Shown: in pieces, positions 11,191-22,447 of the stretch
Layout: every line of letters begins with the position of its first letter
Position numbering within the stretch: the first letter of the stretch is position 1
Origin: Octopus bimaculoides
Taxonomy: Eukaryota
Reading direction: 5' to 3'
DNA: 40,231 bases
NCBI RefSeq assembly: GCF_001194135.2
Contig: NC_068981.1
Coordinates: 128,320,049-128,360,279 of the forward strand
Program-made: the position numbers and the translations under genes
Notes under the pieces: model-generated
The model's input: the letters and a program-made list of their open reading frames with translations, nothing else
Database searches by the model: none
Told to the model about the DNA's origin: nothing

Positions 11191-11938
11191 ATTATTTCCA
11201 GAGGAATGGTCGCTCCAATGAGTAAGGATGTTAACATGAAAGTCACGGTCAATTATCTTCGGCGTAATAACTCGACTAAATGTGATAGAGGATGAAAGGC
11301 AAACTCGAACTCGATCCAACACTAACAACAACTTCTTTCTAAGAAATACTGCGTGTACCCGTTCAAATTAATGCTGCTAAATAGTTGGCACTTATGGCAT
11401 TTAAACAGAGTCGTGTTGACGGTTGGCATGGTAACTTCTGTTTCCAGTTTAAATAGTTTACAAACTTGCGTTACTGTAATGCATCAAGAATATCACTATG
11501 TAAAATTTGTCATTTCCTTTTCTCACTTAGCAAAGAATATTTTCATGCTGAAATTATTTGCTATTTCATGTCAGTCCTATTTAAATTCTGTTTTCTTTTC
11601 TAAAGAATCTGTTCATTAACCATATTTAAATTTAGCGTCATTCTTTAATTTCCTGCCGCTATTTTCAGTTTTCGCTGGTATATTTAAACTCAAGATGTTA
11701 AGTTTTATATACTTTCAATCAGTCTGGATAGATGTAAATAAAGATAATTATATCTTTCAAGACTTGATAACTTTTTCTTCTTTCCGGGAGATGTAATTTT
11801 CTTTTCCAAGACTATTTCAAAAATAACTCCAGCTACAGAACAGATAAAGATTCATAAACTGATGCCGTTTAGAGAAACTTATTATATCTGATTCATTTTC
11901 AAAAACACACACATACGCACTTACATGCTATCACTTAC

Positions 11939-12036
11939 CTTGCTGCATCGGCTGCAAACCCAATGGTCGCCGCCCGTAACGGGGAGTAGAGAATAATCAA
12001 TAGATAAAGAGGCCTGACCGGCCGCTGTCGATACAT
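11939..12036 (-). CDS. Candidate first coding exon of an unidentified secreted or membrane protein (signal-peptide-like)
   Basis: ATG at 12036 reads MYRQRPVRPLYLLIILYSPLRAATIGFAADAA plus AG, then an AAG|GTAAGT donor (intron from 11938); lies in a CpG-rich, repeat-free island. Confidence 0.45.
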
Positions 12037-12317
12037 CAGGTGTTCTAGGGCCCCGTACAGACGATTTTCTCCACAAAATAGGGATAACGGTAGCTCGTCG
12101 GAAAAATGAACCCCGTGAGGTTGTGTGGCTGCTGCAGCAAATGTCGCTGGCCATTGTTCGCATCAGTGCCATCATGGTCACTACCGCGGGGTGCGGTCGA
12201 GTTCACCATTTGTTCTTGGGTACGTGACCCATCGCTCCGCTCTTCATCCATCTTCTCCTGCTTTATTGCACAGCAAATACATTTGATCGCTATAAACAGA
12301 TAATTTGTGCAGGTCGT

Positions 12318-12549
12318 AGGGCAGCGAGCTGGCAGAATCATTAGCACATCGGGCGAAATGATTAGTGGTATTTCGTCTGCCGTTACGTTCTGAATTCAAA
12401 TTCCGCCGAGGTCGACTTTGCCTTTCATCCTTTCGGGGTCTATTAAATAGGTACTAGTTATGCACTGGCGTCGATGTAATCGATTGAATCCCTTTGTCAG
12501 TCTTTGTTTGTCCTCTCTATGTTTAGCCCCCTGTGAGCAATAAAGAAAT
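12318..12549 (+). mobile_element. Full-length SINE family A with Tx1-like tail and 17-bp TSD
   Basis: Head AGGGCAGCGAGCTGGCAGAATC; TSD TAATTTGTGCAGG(T/C)CGT at 12301-12317 and 12550-12566. Confidence 0.95.
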
Positions 12550-13522
12550 TAATTTGTGCAGGCCGTTCAGTAAAAACCGAACACTCATACGTTGTCTTCG
12601 ACGAGAAATGGAAATTCTATCATATACAAAATACAGTGTGATTGGCTTTGTGCCAAAATTTGAAACCATTATCTTTAAATAACATTCATACATGTTAAGT
12701 TAAATGGTGAATTTTTCCAATTCGAGATGAGAAGCAAAATTAAAATTTACTTAACTATATTGCATCCTATGTCACGAGTAATTTACACTTATTATTTTTT
12801 TTTCTTTCTTTTAAGAATTTGTGTTACTGTGCATATTTCCATCAGCGCTTATTTTCTGTGCCATTAAACTGTTACGGATAAAAGGTTTATAATTGATTTG
12901 ATATTATATATGGTGACAGACTGTAAGTGTTCATTCCTGCAAGACCATGCTATATGATAATATATAATCAGTGTTTTAGGTCTTTCTTATCACTCAATAA
13001 GTACAAACACACAGGCACAAACACACATACTCTTTCGCATATGTACACGCATAAAGGTATGAATGGTTGGTTAAAAAGTTCACTTTACAGCTTTTAGGCT
13101 CAGAGTTTGATCCTCAGGTTACGATACCCAAGTTTCGCCAAAAATATTTACGCAAATGCCATACATCTTTATCATATACCTTGTGAGTGGAAATGGGGAA
13201 ATGATTTGTGTTTAGAAGTTCGTTGGATGGAATGTACTTAAAGAGTTCGACCGTGTCACACTGTATCGCTCTAATTCTGACTGAGAATTGCGTCAAGAGT
13301 TAACGGGTCGGCCGCTTTGCACGCTAAATAAATAGGTTGAGTTGATCGGACAACTGGATAGTCATGTCTCAATATTAATGGATAAGTCTATTTTGTGTGG
13401 TGGGAGGTGGAGCGTGTATGTGTGCATGTTTAACATTGAGCAGATGAAATCAAAACCAGAGAGCATATGGAAATTTGATGGTGTGAGGATTTGAAGGCGA
13501 CTGTTTTTAGATTAATTATACA

Positions 13523-13945
13523 AGGCGCAACCATGGCTGTGAGGTAAAGAGGCTCGCTTTGCATCCATGTGATTTTCGGTTCAGATTCACTGTGCGGTAC
13601 CTTGAGTAAGTATCTTCTACTATAGCCTTGGACCAACAAATGCGTTGAGAGTCAATTTGGTAGACAGAAGCTGTGTGGAAGCTTGTCGTGTACGTGTGTG
13701 TATGTGTGTGTGTGTGCGTGTGCGTGAGCATGAGTGTTTTTGTGTGAGCGCTTGTCCCTACTCTACGACTTGACAACCAGTATTGGCTTACGTACGCCCT
13801 CGTAACTCAGAGAATCGGCAAAAAAACTGATAAAATAAGTACACACTTAAAATAAGTCCTGAGGTCGATTTGTTCGACCAAGATCCTTCGAGGAGGTACT
13901 CCAAAATGGCCACAGTTCAGTGATTGAAAGAACTAAAAGATAAAG
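13523..13945 (+). mobile_element. SINE family B, full length, diverged
   Basis: AGGCGCAACCATGGCTGTGAGG head, internal (TG)n tract, AAAAGATAAA tail. Confidence 0.85.
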
Positions 13946-15212
13946 CATTAAACATGGAAGCGTATTTTGTAAGGGATGGCAATGTTTTGAAGCAACACTA
14001 TCTAATAACTGGAAATATGTTTACTGTCGATTGGCGATATTCGGTTGAACTCGAACAAAATACCTTGCGATATACTACGTCCCTTTATGTTCATCCAAAC
14101 CTCACGTACGACAATTTAGACATTTTACCTTCCGAGGTCGATGAGATAAGTCTTAATCAAAATACCGGTGTCCAATTGTTAACTTTAACATTTAAAAGAC
14201 AGTCTTTAATCATGTCCGCGTCCAAAATCTGGAAACAGTAAAAGAATAAATGAATAAAAGAATAAAGCAATATCCAAGACAAATTTATCAAAAGTCACTA
14301 GTTTCAGTGCTAAAAAGCCTAAGGACATATTTTGCTATTGAACATCATTTCAGTCCTAACATTTCAAACAAGGCCAAAACTCAGGTGTGTACGAAAATAA
14401 AAATACGTATACATAAGGATTCAAAAAACAATTTTCTGATTACATTACCTAAACATGAAAGAGAATATTCTCAGTCTCCGCAGCCTGTAAGTCATATGTA
14501 TAGATATAGATATATATATATATACAGGCAGATATTTACTACAGAGACTCTGTGGTAAATATCTGCGGCTATTATGGTGTCATTTTATGGCTGGCTGCTA
14601 TATAGTGGCAGTCAATATATTTCAGCTTGCTAAAAATGCAATTTTGTGTTACCTTTCTTTTGTCTGAATGGCGGGTAGGATGAAGTTCCACCAAGAGCAC
14701 TCAAGAAAATTTGAAGAACTTCGCTGCTAGTACCTTTAAGATAGAAACTAACAAATGACTATAATTTTTTATACTCTCTAAAAGCCAAAACTTTGTTTTT
14801 ATGCTTTTATTCTTTCTTTCTTTTTATGATTCACTAATTCTTCTTAAACGGTCAACTCAACCGACGTTTTGTTTTGTTTTGTTTTGTTGGGCTTGTAATA
14901 TGTTAAGGTAACCATTTAACCATTTAAATATGCTCAACTAGATATGGGCATAAATTATAGTTGACTCGTGTATTCCACAGCAAATAACCTTTATGTATGA
15001 TTTTGAAGAATCAATCTTTGAAATTGTGTCTAGGACATCTCATGAATTAATGGTTGCATATATTATTGAATAATATAGCAATGCTCATGGGATCAGTATT
15101 TGATGAAACAATTGTAAATCAATGAAATAAAGGGACTCGCTCACTCTATTTTACTTCGTTAAATTAGGTATGGATGGATGGATGGATGGATGGATGGATG
15201 GATGGATGGATG

Positions 15213-15400
15213 ACCTGCGACACCAACCCCTGTTCTGGCACTGATTTTCTATATATCACTGGTGGAGAGACGAGTCGCTGCTATCTCTAGCGGTCAAGTG
15301 TCTATCGTTGACAAGACCAAGGAAGGTCGAAATCACATGATCAGGTCACCTCGGCGCTGGAGATGGCGGGGATTTATTTCCCGGCTAGCAATAAAAACAA
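15213..15400 (+). mobile_element. Short unclassified element after (GGAT)n, carrying a decayed hammerhead-like motif and a terminal AATAAA
   Basis: TTGACAA GACC aaggaa GGTC GAAA TCACATGA TC at 15308-15342; boundaries are estimates. Confidence 0.4.
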
Positions 15401-15489
15401 GACTGCATTTTGCACCAAAAGCCAATATGAGAGATTTTTTCATTGTATCTACTGCAATACTGTTTGTTCTAACAGAACATCCACGTTTA

Positions 15490-15950
15490 AATGCGGATAA
15501 ATATTATCTTGCAGTGTGTAGAATTGGTTTAGGGATGGACTGTCCATTTTCACTGGATGCTAACCATTTTCGTTTTCGTTGGACACCATTATGGAAAAGC
15601 CACTTTTTATCACTTGGGATGATTCTACCCTAGAAAGGTTCGGCAGCAAGTCTGCTTTTCAGTGACGAGCAAAGGACAACTCTTTGATTAAGTTGAGAAG
15701 TAGTCAAATGATGAATGACCCTCTGACCAAGTTTTGACACTTCCTAGTCAATGAAGGTGTTTTACGATTGAAGCGTGACTTGCATTGAACTGTTTGGCAA
15801 ATACTCGTGCAGTCGTTACATTTTTATCACCTACGGTTTTCAGAAGAACAATATTACCAGAGCGTGGTCGTCCAGAACGAGAAGAACCTGCGACAGAAAA
15901 ATTTCCCGAACACTTAAATTTTCATTTTATAAAGAAAATGAATTTTTCTT
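15490..15950 (-). mobile_element. Mariner transposase remnant
   Basis: Minus strand translates GNFSVAGSSRSGRP...KQFNASHASIVKHLH*LG and SKLGQRVIHHLTTSQLNQRVVLCSSLKSRLAAEPF*GRIIPSDKKWLFHNGVQRKRKW...PKPILH. Confidence 0.85.
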
Positions 15951-16225
15951 CTTGTTTACATTGCTGAGAATTTCCTTTTGAATTCATACAGCATGCAGGC
16001 TGTGGTATTGGTCTGATCTAAACTCTTTTTTAAAGAGTAAAAATGATACAAATTTAACTGCTATGGTTTTAAATAATTTGCAAAGAAAGAAAAAGCATTA
16101 GAATGTAAAAGTTAATGCTTATTTTACTGTCAGATTGAGAAAGTGCCCTCGAAGTGATCATGTCACAAATGCGACAAGATTTCCTTTCCAACCCAATAAA
16201 TACATACATGTGTATGTATTTATAT

Positions 16226-16382
16226 ACAAGGCCTGAAATTCATGGGCAGGGAGGTTCATGCCTCGCTGATACTTATTTCATCGACCCCGAAGAAATGAAA
16301 GGTGAAGTCGGCAGAATCTGAACCCAGAATGTAAAGACGAATGAAATGCGCTGAGCACATGACTTTGTCAGCTCGCCGCCCT
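16226..16382 (-). mobile_element. SINE family A, internally deleted
   Basis: GATACTTATTTCATCGACCCCGAAG...CAGCTCGCCGCCCT. Confidence 0.85.
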
Positions 16383-16389
16383 CACATAC

Positions 16390-16426
<37 letters not shown>

Positions 16427-16583
16427 CATACACATACACATATGTGTGTGTGTGTGTGTGCATGCGTGTGTGTCGTTATATATACATAAGTATACACACA
16501 TACATGTGTACATATGTATTTGCCTATATTGAATATAAACGAATATATTTGTATGCATTTACACATACGCAAACATAATAATG

Positions 16584-16619
<36 letters not shown>

Positions 16620-16621
<2 letters not shown>

Positions 16622-16751
16622 GACAAGCTTCTTGGCTTCTTTCAGATTCTGTCTACCAAATCCTGTAACGAGGCTTTGGTCGAGCAGAGATTGAACCCGG
16701 GACTATGTGATTGGGAAGTAAACTTCTTACCAAACAGCCACGCCTGCGCTT
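16620..16751 (-). mobile_element. SINE family B, internally deleted 5' half
   Basis: CTGTCTACCAAATCC...CTTCTTACCAAACAGCCACGCCTGCGC. Confidence 0.85.
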
Positions 16752-17433
16752 AAATATTCGTGTGTGTGTGNNNNNNNNNNNNNNNNNNNNNNNNNNNNNN
16801 NNNNNNNNNNNNNNNNNNNNNNNNNNNNNNNNNNNNNNNNNNNNNNNNNNNNNNNNNNNNNNNNNNNNNNNNNNNNNNNNNNNNNNNNNNNNNNNNNNNN
16901 NNNNNNNNNNNNNNNNNNNNNNNNNNNNNNNNNNNNNNNNNNNNNNNNNNNNNNNNNNNNNNNNNNNNNNNNNNNNNNNNNNNNNNNNNNNNNNNNNNNN
17001 NNNNNNNNNNNNNNNNNNNNNNNNNNNNNNNNNNNNNNNNNNNNNNNNNNNNNNNNNNNNNNNNNNNNNNNNNNNNNNNNNNNNNNNNNNNNNNNNNNNN
17101 NNNNNNNNNNNNNNNNNNNNNNNNNNNNNNNNNNNNNNNNNNNNNNNNNNNNNNNNNNNNNNNNNNNNNNNNNNNNNNNNNNNNNNNNNNNNNNNNNNNN
17201 NNNNNNNNNNNNNNNNNNNNNNNNNNNNNNNNNNNNNNNNNNNNNNNNNNNNNNNNNNNNNNNNNNNNNNNNNNNNNNNNNNNNNNNNNNNNNNNNNNNN
17301 NNNNNNNNNNNNNNNNNNNNNNNNNNNNNNNNNNNNNNNNNNNNNNNNNNNNNNNNNNNNNNNNNNNNNNNNNNNNNNNNNNNNNNNNNNNNNNNNNNNN
17401 NNNNNNNNNNNNNNNNNNNNNNNNNNNNNNNNN

Positions 17434-17464
<31 letters not shown>

Positions 17465-17634
17465 CACATACATACATACATATATATTTAAACATACATA
17501 CATATATATGTGTGAATGTGTGTGTGTATACATACATTTTAGAAGGCTAAGTTTGTTATCTATACACACACAACACACACAACACACACATGCACATACA
17601 CACGCACACACACGCACATAAACATACATACGTG

Positions 17635-17697
<63 letters not shown>

Positions 17698-17974
17698 CTG
17701 AAGATGTTAGCTAGCATTTCCATTGCTGTCACTGTTGTCTTTCGAAAGACAACAAAGAAAAAGTCTGTTCAAAAACAAAAACAGATCATATCGTGATATA
17801 TTTTCTTCCATTCAGACTAAAAGTAAGCGGGCACACGAATGCGAGTATCTAGCTTTCCATCAGAAACCTACTTGTTGCCTCGGGCATGAATTGAGAGGAG
17901 CGCACGATCTAAGTAACACGGCATTGTAAGGAAAGAATATAATTCTGAATTGATGTATGCAATTAATCAACTAA

Positions 17975-18802
17975 TCTATACTATATATAAAACAGAGATG
18001 TGTGTGTAATCGCTTTTCACGTGAAATCGACTTCACCAAATGCTTCCATACTTGTCATGCATGAATAATTTGACCTTGGATAAATCTTAGGTTCTTCATT
18101 TGATTTTTTTAATTAAAAATAAATAATATTGCTTTATATTTNNNNNNNNNNTAGGTTCTTCATTTGATTTTTTTAATTAAAAATAAATAATATTGCTTTA
18201 TATTTAAGATTCACTTCTTTAAAAAGGTTCCTCAATGTCAACTTCCGGTATTGACGTAACAACCGCAAAAAGCTTCACTCTCTATTTTGTGTGTGAGTGT
18301 GTGTGTGAGTGTGTATGAGAGGGAGAGAGGGAGAGAGAGAGTAAATACTACATACACACCGCTCTCTCACTCTGTCTCACACACATACACACGCACACAC
18401 ACACCCCTTGACTCACTCACACTCTGTCTCTTACAAACACACACATACATAAATGTATACAAACATATTTACAAAGACACATGTGTGTATGCGCGCGTGC
18501 GTGCGTGTGTACGTGGGGGGTTCCGCAATCGCCATTTATTTCAATTACTCTTGTGAGGATATTCACGTAAATCATTTTTTTCATTTAATTCCCATTTTAA
18601 TTTTCGTAAGAGTTTCCAAGTACCAATGAGGCTTTTGGCACATCTTCAATTTTCCCCATTCATGAGAGGCGCCCAGCCATCATTCATCTGAGAGTCCATC
18701 TACAGAATGTCCTCAAATTTCTATACAGCATATTTTGCCTTTTTTTCTTCAAGTATATAAGCAACAATTTCATTCCCGGGCAACGCTGGGTGCCTCTGCT
18801 AG
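17975..18802 (+). mobile_element. Non-autonomous Helitron with RepHel fragment
   Basis: A|TCTATACTATATATAAAA 5' end; subterminal CCCGGGCAACGCTGGG hairpin; CTAG|T 3' end; 18621-18708 reads NEAF(W)..FPIHERRPAIIHLRVHLQN. Confidence 0.88.
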
Positions 18803-19874
18803 TAACAATATAAAACCTACTGTTTCCTGCCTCTATTTTTGACAGAATATTATTATTGTGCTGTAAAAGGCTTTAGTGGATATAAGAGTTGTTTTGTAAG
18901 AGTAAATATGGAAACAAATTGTCAGATTCATGAGTTAACAACATCAACGAGGAAGATACAAAGAGAGAGAGATAGTGAGTGTGAGAGAGCAGGGTGATAG
19001 GGGAAGAAATAGAAAGAGAGCGAGAGAGACTGACAAAAAGGCAGGCAGGGAGAGAGAGTGGGAGAATAATGAAGTAAACAGGCAGAGACAAACAATCACA
19101 TTGAAAAATATTGAAACATTAGTAAGAGTACGACACTTATAGGGATGGACAAACGGTTGGAGAGAGACTGAAGACCGGGGGGAAATGGAATTTTTTAAAA
19201 ATCAAACTAATAGAGAGAGACAAAGGAATATGTATTGACGAAGTTGAATCATACAAAGAAATGGAGAGATGAGCAAGGGAAGGGAGAGAGGTAAATACAA
19301 CAGAGAACAGATGGAGCAAAAGGGAAAAAAAAAACAAGATAAGAATGGCTGTAGGTAAATAAGAAGGGAAAATATAATCTATTGTCATTCACAGTAGAAT
19401 AAATCATATAGTTTCCACAGGGAAGAACATTATCAGTCATAGTTATCATGGTGATGAACGAGAGTAGTAGATTTAATCAACTGTCTGGCTAAGTAAGCAG
19501 CAAGATAGGAAAAGATGCAATCCCTTGGAGATAGGCTTATCAAAACTGTTTTAAGTCATTAGCAACGACAGCTAGACACATGAGCCAGTCAACGATTTTT
19601 TTTAAATANNNNNNNNNNNNNNNNNNNNNNNNNNNNNNNNNNNNNNNNNNNNNNNNNNNNNNNNNNNNNNNNNNNNNNNNNNNNNNNNNNNNNNNNNNNN
19701 NNNNNNNNNNNNNNNNNNNNNNNNNNNNNNNNNNNNNNNNNNNNNNNNNNNNNNNNNNNNNNNNNNNNNNNNNNNNNNNNNNNNNNNNNNNNNNNNNNNN
19801 NNNNNNNNNNNNNNNNNNNNNNNNNNNNNNNNNNNNNNNNNNNNNNNNNNNNNNNNNNNNNNNNNNNNNNNNNN

Positions 19875-20180
19875 GAATGTTTATTGAGCGAAAACACCTA
19901 AAGCTCCACGAGGCTCTGGCAGGGGATGGTGGCGAACCCAGCTGTACTCTTTCACCACAATTTTCTCTCACTCTTACTTACAGCTTCTGTTGTGCTTGTA
20001 ATTCAAAGGGTCAGCCTTGTCACACTGTGTCACGTTGAATATCCCCGAGAACTACGTTAAGGGTACACATGTCTGTGGAGTGCTCAGCCACTTGCACGTT
20101 AATTTCACGAGCAGGCTGTTCCGTTGATCGGATCAAATGGAACCCTCGATGTCGTAAGCGACGGAGTGCCAACAACAACA
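19875..20180 (+). mobile_element. SINE family C (MESC-like domain, (ACA)n tail); head lost in N-gap
   Basis: GAATGTTTATTGAGCGAAAACACCTAAAGCTCCACGAGG ... GACGGAGTGCCAACAACAACA. The domain name is from recall of mollusc SINEs, not from a search. Confidence 0.65.
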
Positions 20181-20616
20181 TGTAGAGTGCGTGATAAAAA
20201 ATAATGTATGATCATCATGGGTGCAACGCCTTTCGTCATGAGTCAGCTCGTGAGACTAAGCAACAGTAGCATGTATTTGAGATAATACGTTCATTTAACA
20301 GATCTTTAATTCATAAGATAGTGTTTTAGACGGAAACCTAACAATACTTTATCGTGCCTTGATAACAATAATGCTCTTTTAGTTATAATGATGGAGGTTA
20401 ATACGAAACCCTAGTCAGTTTACAATGTTGCTGAAATCTACATCTTGCAGTAATTATTTAGGGCTGGATGAATTTATGTTATGTGTCTTGGTAACTGACA
20501 TGATACAAACTGCAGAGCTTCAATAGGTTCTCTGATACCCTTATCCACTCGAGTATTCGATTACTTATACATACATACATACATACATACATACATACAT
20601 ACATACATACATACAC

Positions 20617-20810
20617 ACATCGAGCAGCTAACTCGCACATTACAAATACAGTCTGTAAGTGGAACAGTAAAAATATACAAGACTTTTCTCAAGTTTAGAA
20701 TGTGATATCGTTTTTGTTAGCTACATCCCAACGATGGAACTTTGTATCTTTGTTAGAAACCAGCTCCCTTCCCACAGGAAGCATTTAAATAATTAAGAAC
20801 GGAAGAGAAC
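20617..20810 (+). mobile_element. Short 3'-end copy of R4/Dong-type element directly after (TACA)n
   Basis: Matches 22120-22305 (CTAACTCGCA.AT.ACAAAT.CA.TCTGTAAGTGGAAC.GTAAA...GACTTTTCTCAAGTTTAGA). Confidence 0.8.
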
Positions 20811-20869
20811 ATCCCAACCCCCAGAACCAAAACCTGTGCATTAATGTTCTCATTATCTCTCCTGTCCCA

Positions 20870-22307
20870 CACAAAGAATGCTACAAGTACCTAGGATTTG
20901 ATGAAAACACATCATACAAAAGATACTGTGAATAAAGGTAGAGTGGCCCGAGAATATTATGCCAGACTAAGAAAAATATGGCAGTCGGAAATCTCTTCTT
21001 ACAACAAGACAATATCCCAATATTCCGCAATATCCCACAATTGCTGAATCCAATATTTTGGATATTTAACTTGTCTGTAGAAGAATTCCACTCCACAGAC
21101 GTAAAATCCCGCAAGATATTGACATCAACTGGAAATCTCCACATGAATGGTGATATGGACAGGTTCTACCTAGGAAAAGATGAAGGAGGTAGAGGTATGA
21201 GATCAGTGCAGACAGCCTTCGAATGTCGTATCTCAGACAACTCTTACTAAACAACAGCAGCAACAATAATTACAATAACTTAGTACTAAAAAGTGAAGAG
21301 AACAATATCCGACGTATCGGCAGCGAGCACCTCAGGAAGTATTCTGTTCTTGATGACGTTCCATACAACCCCAAAGCAGCCAGATTAACTTTCCTGGATA
21401 TGAAAATTTCATCATACCAAAATGAGACTATGTATGGGTATGTTTCCCGATGACTTGAAGAAGACAATAATATCGACATGGAGCGAAGCCTCTCCTGGAC
21501 ACGTACCTGCTACACCACATCAGACTTCGAAGGCTTTGCATTTCAAGAACAGGAGATTGCTACAAAATACCTAATAAACAAAAGAGACAGTGAAGCCCTT
21601 GGAGTTCCAAGATGCAACTGTAAATGTAGATTGTCATATTTTTGTGGAAGGGATCAAGCATGTGATTAGCAACTGTTCAAAAATGACATCTAGGTACTAC
21701 TTTCTTATGCGACACGGCGTTGCTGCAAAAACAGTATACAATGCCATTCGGAATAAAAAAAAAAACTAGCCTGAAATAAATATACAGAATCTCTTTTATT
21801 GAATACATACTCAAACAGCAGTACAACGAATACTGGTGGAGCATGCCCACTAAAACATCTGTTAAATGTAAAGATAACAAGCCGGATATCATTGTTTGAG
21901 ATAGACAAGTAACAGTATGTACCGTCGAAGCGGTCGTCTGAACTGCTAGAGTAAATATCTCTTTGAGAACAAAAGAGAAAGAGGATAACTAAGGACAACT
22001 GCTTCGAAACTACCAGATTCTATATCCAGATTATAAAATCACATTTATACCAATAACAACTGGTGCACTTGGTTTTGTTAATAATGCCTTAGGGACAATC
22101 TGAAAAAGAAAAAGAAACCAATCGACTAACTCGCATATCACAAATGCAATCTGTAAGTGGAACGGTAAATATATGCATGACTTTTCTCAAGTTTAGACTG
22201 TGACATTGTTTTCGTTATCTGCATTTCAGCGATGGAACTTTGTACCTTTGTTAGAAATCAGCTTCTCTCTCAGTAGACGAATTTAAATCATTATAAACAG
22301 GTAAGAA
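20870..22307 (+). mobile_element. Decayed R4/Dong-clade non-LTR retrotransposon (RT C-terminal half to 3' end)
   Basis: YKYLGFDEN; DRFYLGKDEGGRGMRSV; DFEGFAFQEQEIATKYLINKRD; DNKPDIIV; FIPITTGALGFV; many stops and frameshifts. Confidence 0.88.
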
Positions 22308-22338
22308 CATACATAAGTACTTATGTGCAGGTGTACGT

Positions 22339-22408
<70 letters not shown>

Positions 22409-22445
22409 GGATAGACAGATAGATAGATAGATAGATAAATAGATA
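22339..22445. repeat. (GATA)n microsatellite at the 3' junction of the Tx1-like element
   Basis: Direct reading. Confidence 0.95.
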
Positions 22446-22447
22446 AC

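Noticed and set aside
11165-11195. Similarity of SINE tail (ii) to the R4 3' UTR (CTTTGTACCTTTGTTAGAAA)
   Set aside because: Short, AT-rich and not terminal in the R4 element; insufficient to claim a partnership.
12045-12347. 100-aa ORF (MDEERSDG...) as a stand-alone gene
   Set aside because: Starts inside a SINE, stops before the donor site and has no recognisable domain; at most a uORF.
10976-13600. tRNA genes (A-box/B-box motifs)
   Set aside because: These are SINE heads continuing into SINE bodies; no complete cloverleaf.
18088-18205. ~54-bp direct repeat around a 10-N gap in the Helitron
   Set aside because: Same assembly-overlap artefact.
19168-19190. CTGAAGACCGGGGGGAAA
   Set aside because: Lies in a purine-rich low-complexity tract with no helix I or III; chance match.
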